64,000 nt of DNA from Anaeramoeba ignava BMAN. Lineage: Eukaryota > Protista > Anaeramoebae. How positions within the stretch are numbered: position 1 is the stretch's first letter; the number at the start of each line of letters is the position of its first letter. Positions 54,473-64,000 of the stretch are shown here, piece by piece. Location of the stretch: positions 1 to 64,000 of the forward strand of contig JAPDFW010000111.1 of the NCBI GenBank assembly GCA_028826165.1. The letters run 5' to 3'. A model generated the notes under the pieces. The model saw only the letters and a program-made list of their open reading frames with translations, was not told the origin of the DNA and did not search any database. Made by a program: the position numbers and the translations under genes.

Positions 54473-56323
54473 ATGAGAAAAGGTTTCTTTATTCAAACAA
54501 TTATTGCAATTTTAATTCATTTAGCTCCAATCATTTATGGAATTTCAAACAAATACACACAATCAATAACAATAAAATTAGTATTTGAATCATTTAGTGG
54601 ATGGGGATATTTAATGAATATTTTTTGTCTTCTTATGATTTTTCTTAATGAAGCAATATTTACAACCAAAAAGAAATACAAAGAAAAAATTGATTTAAGT
54701 CTCTTTTTAGATCATTTAATTTTAACAGCTAGAAATATTGAAGTATCAATATGTATTGGATATTGGGCAGTTATCATCCCCTTAACAGTAAAATTTGTAG
54801 ATTCTCCATTTTCAATTATTAATAAGTATATTGATAAAACTTGGTTCATGATTCTTAATGATTTTATTCTTCATGCACTTCCACTTACAATTATTTTCTT
54901 ACCTTTTAAAAAATCATATTTGAATATGAAAAAATGGATAACTTTGATTCCATTTCTTTTTTCTTTCTTTCTTTCCTATATTATCTTTTCAATTGCATAT
55001 TTTCTTATATCAAGAAACCTTCCATATCTTATTGAATATAGTCTTGGTGTTGGTTGGGCTTTACTTGTTTTGCTTTTATATTTTTTAGGATCAATACTAG
55101 CTCATTCTATTGGATATTTAATTTTTAAAAAAAGGAAAAAATCCAAGAAAATTGATGATTTGGAAAATCATTTAGAACAATCACTTCTTATTACTGAGCA
55201 AGAAAAACCCCAAGCAAAGATCATAAATTGGAAAGTATTCATGATTATACTTTTGATTGTAATTGTGATTATAATTGGTTGTGGTATTGGAATTGGTTTG
55301 AACTTGAAAGATCGAGAAACACTTTCAAAATACAAAATTTCATATGAAGAAGTAACAACAGAATCAAATCAATTTTGGAATGAATTAGTTAAGCAAAGAG
55401 AAAGTGTATCAATATCAGGACAAGATGGAGCGAATGATATTGTTATTTCATTAACTAATGAATCAATGTGGTTTTATGGAGATACATCATTGACAAATGG
55501 CGGGTTTTTATCAAATAGTGGAATGATGATTAAATACAACGGAACTGATTATGAAATCAATTATTATATTAATCCTGATAATGGTAATCCAGGGCCTATT
55601 TTTGAATTCACAAAATCAGAAGATCCTTCCAAACTCGGTATTTGGCCGCATAGTGGAACTGTAATTAATGATACTACTTATGTTTATGTTGAATTTGTTT
55701 CAAGAAAAGATTATGATTTATGGCCAAAACAGAAAAATTTTTATGGAATGTATTCAGCTCCTGTTGGAACACTTAATTTTACACGATTTCTTCAATCTTC
55801 AGATTCTTATCCATTAATTCCAGATGCATTGATTCTTGATTCACAAAAAGAATATTATTATGCGTATTTTATACAAAGACCAACACTTCCAATGGGTGGT
55901 GCTTATCTTGCAAGAATTCATGCTGAAAAAATCACAGATCCATCTCAACCTTATGAATTTTATTATGGAGGATCAAAATTCTCAAGAGATCCAAAAATGT
56001 CAATCCAAAATTCGCCTCCAATTTCTACTGGTGTTTTCGGTCAAACAAGTGCTTGTTGGAACAAATATTTGAATCGTTATGTTCTTTTTCAGGTTGGTGT
56101 TCCAGGAAAGATGAATTCAATTTATGTTAGAACTGCTAAAAATTTATGGGGACCTTTTAGTTCACCTTATCTTGTTTATCATAAAAAAAGTTCAGATATC
56201 TATTATTGTCCTTTTATTCATCCTGAATTATTTGAAGGCAATGGAAGAATAATGTATTTAACTTATTCAGGAAATAGTGATGGAAATAATAGGATGGTTA
56301 AAATTACTTTAGATAAAAAATAA
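54473..56323 (+). CDS. FAR-17a/AIG1-like multi-TM domain fused via a further TM helix to a DUF4185-like (beta-propeller glycosidase-like) domain
   Basis: ATG at 54473. Six TM helices with FSGWGY, YW, DFILHALP and LPY. C-terminal GQDGAND, WFYGDT, IWP, AYLAR, WNKYLNRYV, WGPFS, YYCPFIHPE and YLTYS motifs. Confidence 0.65.
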   Translation: MRKGFFIQTIIAILIHLAPIIYGISNKYTQSITIKLVFESFSGWGYLMNIFCLLMIFLNEAIFTTKKKYKEKIDLSLFLDHLILTARNIEVSICIGYWAVIIPLTVKFVDSPFSIINKYIDKTWFMILNDFILHALPLTIIFLPFKKSYLNMKKWITLIPFLFSFFLSYIIFSIAYFLISRNLPYLIEYSLGVGWALLVLLLYFLGSILAHSIGYLIFKKRKKSKKIDDLENHLEQSLLITEQEKPQAKIINWKVFMIILLIVIVIIIGCGIGIGLNLKDRETLSKYKISYEEVTTESNQFWNELVKQRESVSISGQDGANDIVISLTNESMWFYGDTSLTNGGFLSNSGMMIKYNGTDYEINYYINPDNGNPGPIFEFTKSEDPSKLGIWPHSGTVINDTTYVYVEFVSRKDYDLWPKQKNFYGMYSAPVGTLNFTRFLQSSDSYPLIPDALILDSQKEYYYAYFIQRPTLPMGGAYLARIHAEKITDPSQPYEFYYGGSKFSRDPKMSIQNSPPISTGVFGQTSACWNKYLNRYVLFQVGVPGKMNSIYVRTAKNLWGPFSSPYLVYHKKSSDIYYCPFIHPELFEGNGRIMYLTYSGNSDGNNRMVKITLDKK

Positions 56324-56339
56324 TGAAGAAATTCAATTT

Positions 56340-56585
56340 ATAAATCAAAATCAAAATCAAAATCAAAATCAAAATCAAATTCAAAATTAAAATCAATTTG
56401 AATTTATAAATCAATTTCAAATTCAATTTATAAATCAAAATCAAAATCAAAATCAAATCAAAATCAAAATCAAATCAAAATCAAAATCAAAATCAAAATC
56501 AAATCAAAATTAAAATCAATTTCAATTTATAAATCAAAATCAAAATCAAAATCAATTTATAAATCAAAATCAATTTCAATTTCAA
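56340..56585. repeat. (CAAAAT)n tract
   Basis: Directly visible. Confidence 0.9.
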
Positions 56586-56674
56586 AAAGCAAATTTAATA
56601 AAAAAGAAATTTTTTCCATTTTTTCATTTTTCATTTTTCATTTTTTTTTCAATAATTTTTTATAAAAAAATAAA

Positions 56675-59600
56675 ATGAGTGATGAAGATGAAAATTATGA
56701 TTTAGAAGATAGAATTCAAGAATTAGAAGAAGAAAATCGAACATTAGCAACATTAGGATTAGAATTATCGAAAAGAAATGTAGAATTAGAAGAAGAAATT
56801 GAAGTTTTACAACAACAAATAAAACCACAATTCATTTCAACAGAATTTGAAGAAATTATAGATGATTTAAAAGAAATTTTAAACGAAGAAAAGGAAAAAA
56901 GTGAATTTCTAAAAAGACAAGTTGATGATGCTGCTAAAATTGATCATTCACATTTAACACAATTACGCGAAAAAGAAGCAGAAATTGAAAATTTTCAATC
57001 CCAATTAAGAAGTGAAAAAAGATTAATTTCTGAAAATGAAAATTTGAAAAATCAATTAGATAGACTTCAATCTTTGAAAATTGATATTGAATTGGCTCAA
57101 GAAAAAGAACATGATCTTCAAAAAAACATTTCTCAACTTAAAATTGAAAAAAGTATTAAATTATAAATTAAATTATAAATTAAATTATAAATTAAATTAT
57201 AAATTAAATTATAAATAAAATTATAAATAAATTATAAATTAAATTATAAATAAAATTATAAATTAAATTATAAATCAAATTATAAATAAAATTATAAATA
57301 AAATTATAAATTAAATTATAAATAAAATTATAAATTAAATTATAAATAAAATTATAAATAAAATTATAAATAAAATTCTAAATAAAATTATAAATAAAAT
57401 TATAAATAAAATTTTAAATTAAATTATAAATAAAATTATAAATTAAATTATAAATAAAATTATAAATTAAATTTTAAATAAAATTTTAAATTAAATTATA
57501 AATAAAATTATAAATTAAATTCTAAATTAAATTATAAATTAAATTATAAATTAAATATAAATTAAATTATAAATAAAATTATAAATTAAATTATAAATTA
57601 AATTATAAATTAAATTATGTTAAATTAAATTATAAAATTAAATTATAAATAAATTATAAATTAAATTATAAATCAAAATTTTTAAATTAAATTATAAATT
57701 AAATTATAAATAAAAATTAAATTAAATTATAAATAAAAATATTAAATTAAATTATAAATTAAATTATAAATAAAAATATAAATTAAATTATAAATATAAA
57801 TATAAATTATAAAATTAAAATAAAAAAATAATAAATTAAATTATAAAATAAAATTATAAATTAAATTATAAATAAAATAATAAATAAAATTATAAATAAA
57901 ATTATAAATAAAATTATAAATAAAATTATAAATTAAATATTAAATTAAATTATAAATAAAAATATATAAATTAAATTTTAAATAAAATTTTAAATTAAAT
58001 TATAAATAAAATTATAAATTAAATTATAAATAAAATTATAAATTAAATCATAAATTAAATTATAAATAAAATTATAAATTAAATTATAAATTCGAAATTA
58101 TAAATTAAATTATAAATTAAATTATAAATTAAATTATAAATAAAATTATAAATTAAATTATAAATCAAATTTTAAATTAAATTATAAATAAAAAAAATAA
58201 ATTATAAATTAAATTATAAATTAAATTATAAATAAAAATAAAAAATTTAAATTAAATTTTAAATTAAAATTATAAATTAAATTATAAATTAAAATTATAA
58301 ATAAATTATAAATCAAATTTTAAATTAAATTATAAATAAAATTATAAATAAAAATTATAAATAAAATTATAAATTAAAATTATAAATTAAATTATAAATT
58401 AAATTATAAATTAAATATATAAATTAAAATTATAAAATTAAATTATAAATTAAATTATAAATCAAATTATAAAATTAAATTATAAATTAAATTATAAATT
58501 AAATAATAAATAAAAATATAAAATAAATTATAAATTAAATAATAAATAAAAATATAAAATAAATTATAAATTAAATTATAAATTAAATTATAAATAAAAA
58601 TATAAATTAAATTATAAATTAAATTATAAATTAAATTATAAATTAAATTATAAATAAAATTAATTAAAATTATAAATAAAATTATAAATTAAATTATAAA
58701 TTAAATTATAAATTAAATTATAAATTAAATTATAAATAAAATTATAAATAAAATTATAAATAAAATTATAAATAAATTAAATTATAAATAAAATTATAAA
58801 TAAAATTATAAATAAAATTATAAATAAAATTATAAATAAAATTATAAATAAAATTATAAATAAAATTATAAATTAAATTGTAAATTAAATTTTAAATTAA
58901 ATTATAAATTAAATTATAAATTAAATTATAAATTAAATTATAAATTAAATTATAAATAAAATTATAAATTAAATTATAAATAAAATTATAAATTAAATTC
59001 TAAATCAAATTATAAATCAAATTATAAATTAAATTATAAATTAAATTTTAAATTAAATTATAAATTAAATTATAAATAAAATTATAAATTAAATTTTAAA
59101 TCAAATTATAAATAAATTATAAATTAAATTATAAATTAAATTATAAATAAAATTATAAATTAAATTATAAATTAAATTCTAAATCAAATTATAAATTAAA
59201 TTTAGGAAATATTGAACAAAAAAATGAAAGCCTTTCAAACAGAGTATTAAATTTAAAAGGAGAAATCGAAACTCTTAATAAAGAAATTAAGAATACAAGA
59301 GAACAACAAGCAAAAATCAAAGAACTTGAAAGAAGAAATGAAGAAATGAAAGCACAAGCTATTTGGTTGGAGCAATTATACATTAAAAACACAAACATTA
59401 AAGAATTTATTCAAAAAATATTAGTCTTTTATAAACAAAAGCTTTTATCAGAAAAAAATATTGATTTCTTTGAAAAAGATGCAATAGAAACAATTGGATA
59501 TTTAAAAAATAATTTAACAAAAGAAACTCGAGATCCAAGTTCAATTTATGAATTCTTTTCTGGAATGGGAGTTAAATTTGGAAGTGGAGAAGAAATATCA

Positions 59601-62371
59601 TTTTCTTCAAATGAAATATTTAAACACAAATTATTATATATGGTAGATTTCAAAAAAGAATTTATTCAAATTTAAAAATTAAAAATTAAAATTTTCTTGT
59701 AAAAAAGACAACCATTTTATTCCTTCAAATAGAATTGGAGTTCTTAAAACAACAAAAAATCAATCTGGAAAATCAATCAAATGAATTTATTCAAAAAATT
59801 GAGGAATTACAGAATTCTTATTCATTGCTTTTAAAGGAAAAAGAAAAAGTCGATGAATTATTAAGAAAACAGCAAGAAGAATTTGATATGAAAATATTGC
59901 AAAGCGCTAAAAGTAATGAATTACTTGCTCATTTAGGAGATCAGATCACATCTTTAAAATCAGAATTGGAAAGCATGAAAAACAAAGAAAAAGAAAATTT
60001 AAATCAAATTGAGGAAATCAAAAAGAAAAAAAAGGAAATGGAACAAGATTACTTGCAAAAAATAAAAGAAGAACAAGAAAAATACCAAAATCTTGAATCG
60101 GAAAAACATCAATCAATTCTTTCACTTCGTGAAGAACTTGCAAAACAATTAGAAAATTTTAACTTGAAAATGGATGAAGAAGCAAAAGTATCTAATTTTT
60201 CATTCTAATTTTTAATTTCAATTCAATTATTAATTTTTTTATTTTAAAAGAAATTCAATGAAAAAATTGCCGAATATGAAAAAATTATCGAAGATCTTAA
60301 ACAAGAAATGAAAAATAAAGAAGAGGAAGTTGCAAATAAACTGTCTTCAAAAGATCAAGAAATGAAATTTCTACAAGAATCAACAAATCAAAAAATTGAA
60401 GAAATCAAAAAATCCAAAAACGATATGGAAGAAGAATACTTGAAAAAAATTGAGCAAATCCAACAAGAATATAAAGACAAAATTGAGGACTTGAATCAAA
60501 AAATCAAAACTGAACAAGAATATTCACAAAAATTGAAAAATTTAAGTGATGAATTACAGCAAAAATTCGATGAGCAATACGAAACAATCCAAAATCTTGA
60601 AGAAGAGAAAAATTCGCTAAAAGGAAACGTTGAATTAGGATTAAAAGCACTTGAACATGAACAAGAAAAAAGAAAAGAAGCAGAAGAAGAAAACCAACGA
60701 TTAAGAAAAATCATTGAGGAGCTGAAAAAGGAGATTGAGGAATTGAAGCAGAAATTAGAAGAAGCAAGAAAGATGAAGCCGAAAGTGATAATCCAAGAAG
60801 CAGAACCAATTAAACCCGATAGAAACATTGATTTACTTGAGCAGGAATTGTCTGAATACATCAATTTGCGGTTGAAATATGATCGCGATTTAATAAACGT
60901 TCTTCCTATTGGAACAAAATCCGCGGATCTTTTGGAAGCAACAAAAAGCGGTGTTTTGCTTTGCAAGTTAATCAACGATAGTTTCCCTTCAACAATTGAC
61001 AACAGGGCTATCAACTATGAAATCAACGAAGAATCCGCACTTGAAAATCACAATTTGTGTATCAATTCGGCAAAATGGATTGGATGCAATGTTGTTGGAA
61101 TTGAACCACAATCATTGCTGAATGAAGACGAATCTTCGATATTGCAATTGACTTGGGAAATTATTAAAGTTGGATTGTTTTCTCAGCTCACAATCACAAA
61201 ACATCCAGAAATCATTGTTTTATTCGATGAAAAAAACACAGGTCCAACTCAAGAATTAATCCAAGAAATCAACAAACTTCCGCCAGAAAATATTCTTTTG
61301 AAATGGATCAATTATCACATCCACAAGGCTGGCGATAAAAGAATTGTCCAGAATTTTTCTGAAGATCTGCGCCAGCCAATTGTGTTTGCAATTTTGATGA
61401 ACCAATTAAGTCCTCAATTGTGTCCGCTTGGCGAATTTACAAAAGAAACAGACATCGATATTCAAGCCAAAATCATCGAGAAATTCGCATCGAATTTGGA
61501 TTGCAAAGGATTTGTTTCAGCACAAGCAATAATGTCAGGAAGATATGAGCAACTCAACACAGCATTTCTTGCGCTTTTATTTCATACTCGGTCGGGAATA
61601 TCCATTTCAAAAGAACAAGCACAAAAAATATCATTTGACGATCGCGATCGAGCAGGAACACGTGAAGAACGCGCATTTAGAATGTGGATCAACAGCATGG
61701 GAATCGAGCCCAAAGTGTATGATCTTTATCAAGACTTGCGAGACGGATTGGTTATTTTAAGGGTTATTGACAAAATTGAACCCGGACTTGTGAACTGGAA
61801 AAAAGTCAATTTAAAACCCATTAATGTTTTCAAAAAAGTCGAGAATTGCAATTATGTTATTGATCTGGGAAAATTACTTCGTTTGCATTTGGTCAATATT
61901 TCCGGTCAAAATATCCAAGAAGGAAATAAAACATTGATTCTCGGGTTTATTTGGCAAGCAATGGAATACCATATCAAGGCAATTCTAACAAAACTGAAAG
62001 TTATTCGATCCGGAAGAATAACTGACCGAGATATGGTCAGTTGGGCAAATAAAAAAGTGGAATCAGCAGGAAAAAAATCCAAAATTGTCAGCTTTAAAGA
62101 TCGTTCACTTAAAACTGGCGTTTTTTTGATTGATTTGGTTTATTCGGTTTCTCCTAAAGCTGTCAATTATAATTTTGTTCAAAGTGGAAATTCTGATGAA
62201 GAATGCATGAATAATGCTCTTTATGCTATTTCTCTTTGCAGAAAACTTGGTGCTTCTATTTTTGTTTTGCCTGAAGATATTGTTGAAATTAAACCGAAAA
62301 TGCTTTTAACTGTTGTTGGAGAATTGATGAGAATTGATAAGTTAATTAAGAGCAAAATGGAACAAAAATAA
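56675..62371 (+). CDS. Long coiled-coil protein with C-terminal fimbrin/plastin actin-bundling core (4 CH domains). Exons 56675-57152, 59206-59642, 59708-60187, 60251-62371
   Basis: GVLLCKLIN, ENHNLCINSAK, PENILLKWINYH, GTREERAFRMWINS, DLRDGLV, KVENCNY and NALYAISLCRKLGA...LPEDIVE are fimbrin signatures. GT-AG junctions are in frame. Confidence 0.88.
57157..59200. repeat. ~2 kb intronic 12-bp satellite AAATTATAAATT/AAATTATAAATA
   Basis: Directly visible. Confidence 0.95.
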
Positions 62372-62543
62372 TTAATTAACTTCATTTTTTTCTTTTCTTT
62401 TCTTTTCTTTTTTTCAAAATTGATTTAAAATTGATTTAAGATTGAAATCAATTTTTCTATTAAAAAAATTCGGAATAAAACTTAAAATTTAAAACTTAAA
62501 ATTTAAAATTATTTTTTTTTCATTTTTTTCTTTTTAAAAATAA

Positions 62544-63125
62544 ATGGAAGAATTACAAAAAATTTTTCAATTAATTCAACAAAAAGCAAAAATAATATAT
62601 GAAGAATTCAAAAAATCAGATTGGGATGATGATTTCAAGTTAATAGGAAAACACTATTTTGCAGGAATAGGATTTGGAATTTTAGAAGGAACAAGAAAAA
62701 CATTTCTAACAAATCAAGTAAAAAAGGGGGTTTTCTTAGATCATACATTTGAATCTTGTTTACATTTCAGTCAAAAATTAGCGGGATTATCATTTATTTA
62801 TTTATTAATTAAAAACACAATTGAAAAACAAAGAGGAATAAAAGATGAATATAATCATATTGTTGCTGGTGCAGGAACTGGTATTTTATATAAGACTTTC
62901 ACTTCAAAATCTTCTACTTCTAAACTTTTTGGTGCTGCTTTTGGTGCTTTAACTGGTTATTTAATTGCTAGAAAAGATGAAATTAATTGGAATAATTTGC
63001 CTTCTGAATTTAAAAAAGTTTATTCAAAAACTTCTTCTTATTTAAAAGATTTCAATTCAAAATTAAATTTAAATTTAAATTTAAAAGATTTAAATCAACA
63101 AAAACAAATTCCAAAAAAGAAATAA
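62544..63125 (+). CDS. Tim17/Tim22/Tim23-family membrane protein
   Basis: Gly-rich TM1 (AGIGFGILEG), PRAT-like IEKQRGIKDEYNHIVAGAGTGILY and GAAFGALTG. Confidence 0.75.
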   Translation: MEELQKIFQLIQQKAKIIYEEFKKSDWDDDFKLIGKHYFAGIGFGILEGTRKTFLTNQVKKGVFLDHTFESCLHFSQKLAGLSFIYLLIKNTIEKQRGIKDEYNHIVAGAGTGILYKTFTSKSSTSKLFGAAFGALTGYLIARKDEINWNNLPSEFKKVYSKTSSYLKDFNSKLNLNLNLKDLNQQKQIPKKK

Positions 63126-63300
63126 TTGATGAAAAAAAAAACAAAAGGAAATTTAATTAAAAAGGAGAAAAATTTATTATTTTTATTTTTTCGCTTTTTA
63201 AAAAAAAATTTTTTTCTTTTTTTATTTTTTTTTTCATTTTTCATTTTTCATTTTTTTAATAAAAAAAAAAAAATTATTATTAAAAAACATAATAAAAAAA

Positions 63301-64000
63301 ATGTCTATTTTTGATGATAAACAAGATGAACTTCTTGAAATGATTGCAGAACAAAAACAAACAACAACTCCAAGTTTAAATTTAAGTTTAAATTTAGGAA
63401 AAAAAAAGAAAAAGAAGCAAACACAACCAAAAAAGAAGTCAACACAACCAACAACAAAGAAAACAACAACAACAACAACAACAACAAAAACAACAGAAAA
63501 AAAAGAAGAAGTTGAAAAAAAAGAAGAAGTTGAAAAAAAAGATGAAGTTGAAAAAAAAGAAGAAATTGAAAAAAAAGAAGAAGTTGAGAAAAAAGAAGAA
63601 ATTGAAAAAAAAGAAGAAGTTGAAAAAAAAGATGAAGTTGAAAAAAAAGATGAAATTGAAAAAAAAGAAGAAGTTGAAAAAAAAGATGAAGTTGAAAAAA
63701 AAGATGAAATTGAAAAAAAAGATGAAGAGAAAAAAGTTGAAGAGAAAAAAGTTGAAGAGAAAAAAGAAAATCAAAATAAACCGAAAAAAGGAAAATCAAA
63801 AAAACCACAAAGAACACAAATTAATCCTGAAGATTTTTTTCAAGATTCAACACAAGATAGATTCAAAAAATTTGAGAATATAGATAAATTATCACAAGAA
63901 GCATTTGATTCACCAAGAAAATTTGATAATAGAAATCAAGGCTATAGAAATAATTATAGAGATAAAGACGATGGAAACAATGATAGAAGAAGAAATTTTA
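63301..64000 (+). CDS. Hypothetical charged low-complexity protein with (KKEEVE)n repeats, 3'-partial
   Basis: ATG at 63301 (MSIFDDKQDELLEMIAEQK). The frame is open to the window end with an 18-bp tandem repeat at ~63500-63765, and is preceded by TTTTCA elements. Confidence 0.7.
   Translation, partial: MSIFDDKQDELLEMIAEQKQTTTPSLNLSLNLGKKKKKKQTQPKKKSTQPTTKKTTTTTTTTKTTEKKEEVEKKEEVEKKDEVEKKEEIEKKEEVEKKEEIEKKEEVEKKDEVEKKDEIEKKEEVEKKDEVEKKDEIEKKDEEKKVEEKKVEEKKENQNKPKKGKSKKPQRTQINPEDFFQDSTQDRFKKFENIDKLSQEAFDSPRKFDNRNQGYRNNYRDKDDGNNDRRRNF

Noticed and set aside
43762-62371. Inteins or transposons
   Set aside because: No Hint/LAGLIDADG, transposase or RT motifs and no terminal repeats were recognised.
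63305-63883. ORFs 63305..63817(-), 63439..63774(-) and 63512..63883(+)
   Set aside because: Off-frame or antisense readings of the 18-bp repeat; the frame starting at 63301 is the plausible one.

Overview
This is an extremely AT-rich eukaryotic (protist) genomic window read with the standard code. It has GT-AG spliceosomal introns and long simple-repeat tracts filling introns and spacers. Composition, expanded RCC1-BTB genes and a hydrogenosome-type presequence suggest an anaerobic metamonad such as Anaeramoeba; this is an inference, not verified. In order, the window contains: (1) six tandem minus-strand RCC1-propeller/BTB genes ending in a polybasic CaaX box (KKKCLIF/KEKCLIF in the four intact copies), the first two frameshifted and possibly low-quality consensus; (2) a two-exon propeller/Cys-rich/multi-TM receptor-like gene; (3) a repeat zone with scrambled tRNA remnants; (4) a 12-exon armadillo-repeat gene with about one repeat per exon; (5) ten tandem EamA/DMT-like transporter genes, including a recent ~5.7 kb duplication; (6) an intronless CitE-type CoA-lyase/MaoC double-hotdog hydratase fusion with an organelle presequence; (7) a folliculin/SMCR8-like gene head-to-head with an N-acylated MAP3K; (8) an AIG1-like membrane domain/DUF4185 fusion; (9) a coiled-coil/fimbrin gene; (10) a Tim17/22/23-family gene; (11) a partial KKEEVE-repeat gene. 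The best candidates for new biology are the prenylated RCC1-BTB array with hypervariable propeller loops, the lyase-hydratase fusion and the AIG1-DUF4185 fusion. All family calls come from motif recognition by eye, with no database searches.
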